A stretch of DNA of 64,000 bases from Macrostomum hystrix (taxonomy: Eukaryota > Animalia > Platyhelminthes): assembly GCA_950097015.1 (NCBI GenBank), contig CATNEN010000007.1, positions 10,850,001 to 10,914,000 of the forward strand, written 5' to 3'. This document shows positions 26,168 to 34,637 of the stretch, piece after piece (positions within the stretch are counted from its first letter, which is position 1; every line of letters begins with the position of its first letter). The position numbers and the translations under genes are program-made. The notes under the pieces were generated by a model that was given only the letters and a program-made list of their open reading frames with translations, searched no databases and was not told where the DNA came from.

Positions 26168-27073
26168 TCAGGAACTGCCGGACATCCGGCCAATCGAGTG
26201 CAGTGGCGTGAGGCGCTGGTTGCGCGACAGGCCCAGGCGCAGACCCGGAGACGGCGTGGAGCCCAGCGGTCGCGCTGGCGTCGGTGCCGCCGGCGTTTTG
26301 GCAGTGGCGATGCCGCTGCTGCCGCCGACGGCGCGGGCCGGTGGAGTCCATGCGGTGGCGACGCGAATGTTTGATCGACCGACGGCCGACGAGGCTGCCT
26401 TGGCAGCTACAGGCGTTGCCTTAGAAACAACTGATGATGCCTTAGCAACGGCTGTGGGCGTCTTAGCAACAACCGGGGACGCCTTAGATGGTTTGGGCAC
26501 AACTGACGCAGCAGGCTCTGGCGCTGAAGTAGGCGAGGCAGAAGCGGTAGCGGAGGAAGCGGCTGCCCTGCCGAACTTTGGGCTGGTCGCATCATCGTCG
26601 TCGGCTGCTTCGCCAGCATCAGCGGAAGTCTCTGTTGGAGGAGCAGCAGCAGTCGCAGCTGCTTTTTTCTGTTGCCCAGCCGATGCCGACTTCTTCGGCG
26701 TGGCAGTGGTTTTGGCCTTCGCCGTTTTGGCGGTTGCCGCCGTCTTCTTGGCTTTCGTAGGCGTCGTGGATTTTTTCTTGCGCTTCGCAGCCGGCCCGCC
26801 AGCGGAGTCGCTGCCTGACGATGAATTGTCTTCGGCCTCACCTTCGTCTTCATTGTCCGAGGACGTGGCCTCGCCAACAAACGCGTGCTCATCGCTGTCA
26901 TCGTCGGCCTTCTTCTTGGACCGGGCGCTGCCGCTGCTGGCTGCCTTGCCGGCAGGGGCAGCGGCGGCCGCTGACTTCTTGGTTGTTCCGCTGCCTGTCA
27001 GGTCCTGGAATTCGTCGTCGCTGTCAGCAGCGTCGAATTTGGCGTAGTCCACCCGCTTGCGCTGCCGCGTCAT
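26168..27073 (-). CDS. RAD51AP1: RAD51-associated protein 1-like (intronless, ~301 aa)
   Basis: N-terminal RQRKRVDYAKFDAADSDDEF and C-terminal WTPPA...SPGLRLGLSRNQRLTPLH resemble the RAD51AP1 termini (VNYSQF..SDDDF; WVPPA...LRLGLSR..RVKPLH). Low-complexity K/A/D/S middle. Confidence 0.75.
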   Translation of the reverse strand: MTRQRKRVDYAKFDAADSDDEFQDLTGSGTTKKSAAAAAPAGKAASSGSARSKKKADDDSDEHAFVGEATSSDNEDEGEAEDNSSSGSDSAGGPAAKRKKKSTTPTKAKKTAATAKTAKAKTTATPKKSASAGQQKKAAATAAAPPTETSADAGEAADDDDATSPKFGRAAASSATASASPTSAPEPAASVVPKPSKASPVVAKTPTAVAKASSVVSKATPVAAKAASSAVGRSNIRVATAWTPPARAVGGSSGIATAKTPAAPTPARPLGSTPSPGLRLGLSRNQRLTPLHSIGRMSGSS

Positions 27074-27649
27074 GACTGCTGAGCTGCGGCTCCGCTGCAC
27101 TGCAAAATTTGATTGACAGCAGCTGGTGCAGATGGTTGAGCACAGACAATCTGCCCAACTTGCGGATGGAGAGGATTATTTCTCTGCTCTAATTCCAACC
27201 TCTTATCGCAAATTGAATAATCACCAGCCTCTTGTCTAAATCCAAATCCCAAGCGCAAGTCCGAAGTGTCACTTGTCTCACTTACGAGGCCGCAGCAATG
27301 AGCAAAACTTGCAGGCCCGCGCCTCGTGTGCTGGACAAGATTAGAGAGTGCAGTGTGGCCCCGAGAATGCAGGCAAGTGGGCGCAGCCACAGATGTGCTG
27401 AACGGCTTGGCCCACTAGAACTGCTCTGCTTTCGGGGCGCACTGACCACCCCCACAGAACTGCAGAGCTGTCGCTTGTCTCACTTACGAGGTCGCCCCAA
27501 TTTGGCCTTCATATTCTGAAGACATTGTGCGCGACTCGTGTGCTGGACAAGCTTTGCTGTGGCCCGCGACAAACACTTGGCTGCTGCCAGGTCAACTGAG
27601 CCAAGGCTGCGACCTGGAGATACGCGACTGCGGGCCTCTTATTCAACAC

Positions 27650-28056
27650 CCTGCCATTACCCACTCATGGCCAGCGATTGCCCACCCATGGCCTGCCATT
27701 ACCCTATGCCTATGGCCTGCCATTACTCTATCCCTATGGCCTGCCACTACCCTATCCCTATGGCCTGCCATTACCCTATCCCTATGGCCTGCCATTACCC
27801 TATCCCTATGGCCTGCCATTACCCTATCCCTATGGCCTGCCATTACCCTATGCCTATGACCCGCCATTGCCCTATCCCTATGGCCTGCCATTACCCTATG
27901 CCTATGGCCTGCCATTACCCTATGCCTATGGCCTGCCATTACCCTATCCCTATGGCCTGCCATTACCCTATCCCTATGGCCTGCCATTACCCTATCCCTA
28001 TGGCCTGCCATTACCCTATCCCTATGGCCTGCCATTACCCTATCCCTATGGCCTGC
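27650..28056. repeat. 24-bp minisatellite, ~16 copies
   Basis: Unit CTATGGCCTGCCATTACCCTAT(C/G)C. Confidence 0.95.
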
Positions 28057-28404
28057 GATTAACCACCATTTAGCCTATCACCCCTGCCATTATAAGGATA
28101 TCTTAAGGATTCAATCCGCCATTCAACAGTTATGGCGGGTCAGTCAGATTTCTTGATCAATTCTCCAATTTGAAGCATGCTTGTACCTAGCATAGCTACT
28201 CTCAGTAGGCTCTTTTAAAAGAAATTAGGCAACTCAGGTAACATTAAAAGTACAGGAGTTTATTCTTATATATGAACAAAAATGCAGGCAATTCAACTTG
28301 CAGGAACAGGATAGTGCACAATCTCAAGCATTCAGTTCGACAATTGTGATTGAGGAACAGCAGGGTCAGAGCATGAAGGAAGTGGGTCTGACTCTGACAT
28401 ATAA

Positions 28405-28546
28405 GGGGTTGCAGGCTGGGTCAGGGGTTGCAGGCTGGGTCAGGGGTTGCAGGCTGGGTCAGGGTCAGCGCTGGCAGGCTGGGTCAGCGGTGGCAGATTG
28501 GCCCACTAGAACTGGCAGGCTGGGTCAGGGGTGACAGGCTGGGTCA
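28405..28546. repeat. Degenerate 19-bp repeat running up to the POLR3H stop codon
   Basis: Unit GGGGTTGCAGGCTGGGTCA. The last copy overlaps the TGA (28544-28546). Confidence 0.75.
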
Positions 28547-29336
28547 CGCCTCGCTCCACCAGTCCAGCAGGCCGAGGCCGGGCTCGTTGACGCTGCCGAT
28601 AAGCGAATAGGGCGCCGCCCGAGCCGTCTCGTCAGCCGTGGCAACCAGTGCAGATTGGCCCGCCTGCGGCGGCTGCTGCTGCTGCTTGGCGGCGCCAGCG
28701 GGCAGGACGTCGCGCCAGAGCTCCTCGACAACGCGGAAGCGGAGCCTGTCACCACGCTCCATAGCTAGCTGGTGGGGCCCGGTCTCGGCGCCGGTGTCGT
28801 AGGACCAGACCCAGGCCGGCTCGCCCCTGGAGTTCTCAAACCTGGACGGGTGCTGCAGCTGGTCCGGTGGGATCAGGATGTCGTCGAAGAAGCCCAGACT
28901 GACGTGAACTCCGTCCGTGTCGCACTTGCGCACAGTGCCAACCAGCACCTCCTCCAGGCTGGGCCGGAACACCACGTAGCGGAAGTGCACCTGGCCAGGC
29001 AGGGGAGTGGATTCGATTATTCTGCTTAAAGTATTTAGCAAGAGTTTTTTGAATGCCGTCAGTTGCTCTACCCTCATGACCTAAAAGTCCCAATTGCCCT
29101 TCTTGACGCGAGCCTCACACAGTACCAACCTGGCTGTGCGACCTGGCATCGCCTGGAAAGACATGGGCCTCGTCCACCCGCAGGATGTCCCACAGGGCGC
29201 AGCAAAGGCCCACCTTGTGCAGCACCAGGTTGGACAGCTTCTCATTCAGCGCCTGCTCGTAGGCCTCTAAGCCAGGACTGCCGAACTTCTCAGGTGCCAG
29301 GGCCACAATGTCCTTCAGCTCGCACAGGACAAACAT
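28544..29336 (-). CDS. POLR3H: RNA polymerase III subunit RPC8 (C25); exons 29336-29130 and 28990-28544
   Basis: MFVLCELKD..., LNEKLSNLVLHKVGLC, FPGDARSHSQ|VHFRYVVFRP...EVLVG...GVHVSLGFFDDILIP...WVW...LRFRV...PYSLIGSVNEPGLGLLDWW. Phase-0 GT-AG intron. Confidence 0.95.
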
Positions 29337-30792
29337 TGGACTAATGCAACTGCAACTGCATGGCCAGTAAGCAGTTTAACTTTGATACAAGCTTAACAGC
29401 AGCTGGGCATAAAATTTCACTTGAAGTGCAAAAAGAGTTGAGACCTAATTTTTCCTATACCTGGTTAGTTTTAAGCCCACTATTCAGCTCTTTCTTTCCT
29501 AAGCTTAAGGTTTTTGACATATTAATTATATTGTACATTATTTTATACTTCATCAGGGTTGCTAAGGCCCACTATTTATCTGATAGAAACTAATTAATAC
29601 ATTAATATGAAAACCTGTTTCTTAACATTCAAAATGTGATGGTCAATTAGAAATTTAATTCTAGTCCATCCTAGCAAGACAATCATGTAACCTATCAAAT
29701 CAAAGCTATTTTGCGACATCCCTATAAAGGTAATAATAAGTTACCAAGTTACTATTTACTTACTGACCACTCTATATCGAAATAAAATTGAAATAGAAGC
29801 TAGCATTGGACTGATTAAAAACCAGAACTTTCAAAATTGATCACCTTTGAAATTAGTATTTATTACACAAACACATATTCATTTTTAAATAATATAGAAA
29901 AAAGCTTTTATTTTTTTGTTGTAAAGCAATTGCGTTAACAATGCTCACTTCAGGACACTTAACATACACTACACAAATGTATAATAAAGAAGTGGAGCTC
30001 ATTATTAAAAGTTTAGACTGCTTTTTACAACCCAGATGCAATACCCTTTCTGTTTCCATTGCCTCTGTATACTTTGTTTTGCTAATGAATTGTGTTACTT
30101 TCTATCTTGTCCCAACCATGGGTTTGAATATTGCATTTGTTTAATATGCAAAATTTTGAATAAAAAATGGCATAAAGCTCTCAGGCCATTTCTTTCTCAC
30201 CTACAATGCTCAGCTCAAGCATCCCCTATTTTCTAGGCAGTTAGTGACATTTAAAGCAATGTCATCAGTCTCATTGCAGCTTATATATATATAATTATTT
30301 ATTTATTTATAATACCAAGAGGGCTATTAGCAATGCCACATTATTAGGTGACACTAGACCTGCAGCCAGCAAGGAGACAATTCTGCCCATTTTGCTAAAT
30401 CCTAAGCACAGACACACACAGATACTATATGCAGGCACATGCTCACACAGGTTGGACAGGTTGTTCACATTGTAGCTTACATATACATGTTTCTGTTTGA
30501 ATTACATTTAAGAGAAATTAAAGGTAATTAAGGCCTAAAATGCTCTGTTTACTGGTTTTAATTTGTTGCCTGCAACTTTGAAATGCCACATTGGCTTTTT
30601 TAAACACAAAATGCTTTGGCTTTGATTTTATATTGAAAAAAAACAATTTAATACTTGGCTAATTCCATGAGATGATGGTCATTGTGTTGGTGTACATAAT
30701 TATCATTATTTGCAAATATGCCCAATATGCAAACATACCTAGATTTTTGTACAATTTCCTAGATGGTTTCCAATTTGATATGGCAGAGCTTA

Positions 30793-31939
30793 TTCCCACG
30801 GTCCCATGCCAATAATTTCAATTTTATCCACACGGATCCGTGTGGATAATTTTCTGCTTATCCACACGGCAGCTTGTATGAATAGGTCTACAACTCTTTA
30901 TATATGCCGTGTTGTTAATTTCAATTTAATCCACGCAGTTCTGTTCTTTGAAACGAGGCCCTTTCGGGTTTGAATGTTTTGCTGAACCCTCGAGCCAATA
31001 GATTGACAAAGTTGCCAGAGTGTTACAACAGTGTTCTACATTTTGACCTACACATTAATTAACCGACATTAATGTCATCCTTTTTAATTTTTGTAATAAC
31101 AATTAATTTTTGTAATAACAACTTACTAAATCTTTTGTCATCGTTACATGTTTTCATTCAAATTGTATTGACTTAGAAAGTAAGAAGTCAATCATAGAAA
31201 ATCATACGAGTCAACCCAGCAGAATTCTAGTCAGCACCAAACTCGTCACACATATTATACATCATTGTTATTATTTAACACTATGCATTGATAGTGTACA
31301 CTATACACTATACTCTGAAGCAAAAGCCTTATGCTCAGAGAAGAATAGGTAGGGACTTGAAAGTAGACCTATTCATACAAGCTGCTATGCCGTGTGGATA
31401 AGCAGAAAATTATGGGTACAGATCTGTGTGGATAAAATTGAAATTATCGGCACGGGACCGTGGGGGTCCCAGGTCATTTCAGTGACAAGACATTTCAGTG
31501 ACAGTCATTTCGGTGACAGAATTGGTCAGTTTGGTGACAACTATTTTTGTGCCTAAATATGCTGAGAAAACAGCTTTCCACAATCCAGCAGCTGCTTAAA
31601 GCCTGCACTCGCCTTGTCAATCCAAAACTTGAAAAATGATTATTATACATATTTAATTAGGAACGAATAACTATTGAAACTATTGACTACTCATTAAATA
31701 ATTTACTAATTTAACACATTTAAAGTAAAACCCAGACTTAAACAGAGTGATGCAGTTTCTTATTATACTTTTAGCATTATTTAATTAATATTTTATATGT
31801 GTGCATAGTTAAAATGGAAGGCTGTTTTTTAGCATATTTAGGTGCAAAAATAGTTGTCACCAATCTGACCAATTGTGTCACTGAAATGACTGTCACCGAA
31901 ATGTCTTGTCACCGAAATGACCTGGGACCACCGTGGGAA
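30793..31939. mobile_element. MITE with ~100-bp TIRs (probable TA TSD), right TIR interrupted by a second MITE
   Basis: TTCCCACGGTCCC...GTATGAATAGGTCTA (30793-30890) is mirrored at 31363-31464 plus 31930-31939. Confidence 0.8.
31465..31929. mobile_element. Nested MITE with GG termini, ~115-bp TIRs and 8-bp TSD (Merlin-like/unclassified)
   Basis: GGTCCCAGGTCATTTCAGTGACAAGAC... / ...GTCTTGTCACCGAAATGACCTGGGACC. TSD ACCGTGGG at 31457-31464 and 31930-31937. Internal CATTTC(A/G)GTGAC subrepeats. Confidence 0.88.
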
Positions 31940-33153
31940 TAAACACTTCCATTTGATATATGAAATCAACTTCAATAGCTATCTCTAGAAATACAAGCAA
32001 AATATATGTGGACCTAGCATTAGCTATTTAAAACACAATAAAAATTCAAACATAATAAACCTAAAGCAAGAAGCACAACTCAATCTAAAAAACTATGTCA
32101 AAAATCAAATAGATAATCATCGTGTATCATTGTTAGGGCCTAACCTACTTTAGTCTATTCAATACCATTCAGTCTTTTTACTTTTCATTTTTAACTATCA
32201 CTAAATGAACAAGTAGGCCTATCTCATTTTATAAAAGGCTTTAACAGTGTTAATAAAATGTGTTGAATGAAGTGCATGAAAACAATATGAAAAGTGTAGA
32301 AAATATATGGAAAACTTTATGCTAAGGCCTAGCCGCCTATATAGTAGTCCCATCATATCCCGTCATAAATACATATCTATATCACAATAAAAAACAATGA
32401 TTCATTATTATAAAAACTGTATATGACTGAGTATACACATTCACAAACCAATATATTATGAGAGTAAAGAGTAACTAGAGTATTATAAGTAAGACTGTTC
32501 CCTAGAGCCTTTGACTAGGCCTAGCTATACTAGCTAGTAATGCCAGATTCTTAAGTAAGGCTTGTTTGCTGCTTACCTAATTATAATCCTAATCTATTGA
32601 CAGCTATAATTTGGAAGTGTAATACTGGGCTTATTAATAGACTTGGTCATAGGTATAGGACTAAGCCAATATTAAGCTACTCTATAGTAGATTGTGTAGC
32701 CTATGTCGGAAAATAATTATAAGATGTCTTAAAAACTTGATTAGCCAGACACTGTGGTAGCTAGCTTTTAAGTACTTCATTTCCATGACATGTAGCTACT
32801 GTTAGTATAATTATTAGCTAACTAATAAACAAAAATGTATATAAGATATCGGCCTAATTCCACAATTTCAGAAACATTTGATATAATATAAGACTAAAAA
32901 AATATCACGTCACTTCAAGAGCTCTATGATCTATCTGCTGTGATCAGCTTGTATTTCAAGCTTCTTAGCCTTTCTATTAACGGAGCTTCAATACGACAAT
33001 ATGTCGATGAATTATCGAATTAATTTGCTTTTGCCTTGAAAATATTTAGACAACATTACACCATGGACCACTAGAAGAAGTGGTCTTCTTGCATTACACC
33101 TTATCATTTTTTACGATTTCGACGCTTTATTATCGTGAGCATTGAGCATTTTG

Positions 33154-33263
33154 AAAAAATTGAAATCAGGATTCGAACCAAGGCAACTCCAGACGCGTTT
33201 CGCTCTTATTGGAGCTCATCAGTAGAGTCTATCCTAGCGATTTAGCCATTAGGCTATAGGCGC
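33154..33263 (-). ncRNA. Putative Pol III small RNA unit (A box - hammerhead - B box - T6)
   Basis: A box TAGCCTAATGG (33256-33246), B box GGTTCGAATCC (33179-33169), TTTTTT (33159-33154). tRNA-like 5' start GCGCCTA-TA-GCCT. Confidence 0.6.
33185..33229 (-). ncRNA. Minimal type I hammerhead ribozyme
   Basis: Minus strand GACUCUA-CUGAUGA-GCUC-CAAUAA-GAGC-GAAAC-GC-GUC/UGGAGUU. Complete catalytic core, 4-bp stem II, 7-bp stem I (with G-U pairs) and palindromic ACGCGU stem III. Predicted cut between 33192 and 33191. Confidence 0.85.
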
Positions 33264-33896
33264 TTGTTCAAATCCAGCTTTCAATCTCAACATATCGTAA
33301 TCGATTCGGCAGCGCCCCGCAACTACTTTTTACGCACAGTAGGCCTATTTAAACAATAATAAAGAAATATTAGATAAATAAAACACACATTTTATACATT
33401 TTTTGTTTTCCGTTTGTCCTCGTGCGACGTGCGTTATGGATGAGAAAGGGAGAGCTCGAAATAACTTCTTCCGTGTTTAACATAAATTAACAAACAAAAT
33501 CTACTTATATAATCTTGAAATAAAAAAACTTAAAAACTATAAAGAAAGTGCACTATTATTAGCCGAGCTATAGTTAATTTGTTCTTTTATAAATAAATTA
33601 GAAGCCTCTTTTGTATAGGTGACATTTTTTACTTTGGATTTGCGATTTCTTTTTTATTGTACGGGTGGTATCAGTTACCAATATTCGACGAATAATATTG
33701 TTTCTTTTAGTTTTATTTTATTGGTTTAAAACAAAACACAAGCCGTCTTAGAACTTCGCAAAAAATCCTACACAAATAAGAAATTAGACTTATGAACTGT
33801 CATGTTCTTTAACTGAGTTTTTTGTATGCCTTGTTTGATATTTTACATGTTAAGTTTCTGTAATATATGCTTATTTTGTCTAACTGTAAACAACGC

Positions 33897-34152
33897 AAGT
33901 GTCTTGCGAAAAGACTCAAAGTGTTCAGGTGCAGTCGTGAATTTAACTACTGATCTTTATGTCGTGAGTTCAATGCTCTAACCCACTAGGCTAAAACCTA
34001 GCATTAGGTAAGGTAATTGAGGTGGAGTGCGGCAGCGCCCCACAGCGCATGGACTGAACGGTCGTTTCAGATGTGTCCCCAATAGTCGATAGTCAATAGT
34101 CAATAGTCGTCAGCTGCTTTTGTGGCTCAATGAGGGCATGTGTAATAAATTA
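33897..34152. mobile_element. Rearranged copy of the tRNA-derived SINE at 53701: 5' half inverted (33897-33999), 3' half forward (34012-34152)
   Basis: Reverse complement AGGTTTTAGCCTAGTGGGTTAGAGCATTGAACTCACGAC...GCAAGACACTT matches 53703-53804. Forward TAATTGAGGTGG...CATGGACTGAA...TTCAGATG...GTGTAAT matches ~53860-53995. Confidence 0.65.
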
Positions 34153-34637
34153 TTGAATTAGGAAGAAACATTTTAGTACGGTACAATTAGAGTCAACTGA
34201 ATTAAATTAAACACCAGAAAAATCTGAAATTATGGACAGCTGCTGAAAAAAAATATTGATAATTTGAATAGAAGATTCATAAGCATTCATAGAAGAATCA
34301 TGAATGCTTAGTAAAAAAGTTTTATATGTGCAGAAAAAGTAATTTCATAAAATTTTGCGTCTAGGTTTTAGTTTTTTATTGAAATTATGTATTATTTTTT
34401 ATTTATTAAATATTACAATACGCTAGTAAGTTTAGAATCGGGACAGCTAAAAGCGAAAACGCAGTGAAGTTTTAGTTTTCCCTAGAAAAATAAGGTTTTA
34501 AAAAAGATAATATAAGCTCGTATTAGGACAATGCAGGGTAATTTTTTTTCTATTGTATCTCATCCTGGAAAGGCCCTTATTATTAAGTAAAAAATTCTTC
34601 GTGAGATTTTGAAGCCTTATAAACGGTGTCAGATAAC

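Noticed and set aside
26208-27047. 279-aa plus-strand ORF; likewise 10316-11020 and 62701-63710
   Set aside because: Antisense shadows of GC-rich real coding sequence
27538-28073. MACHYPIP / YGLPLPYP repeat ORFs
   Set aside because: The 24-bp minisatellite is open in several frames by chance; no splice or domain support
33160-33263. Functional tRNA gene
   Set aside because: A and B boxes are present but the acceptor, D and T stems do not pair and there is no anticodon arm
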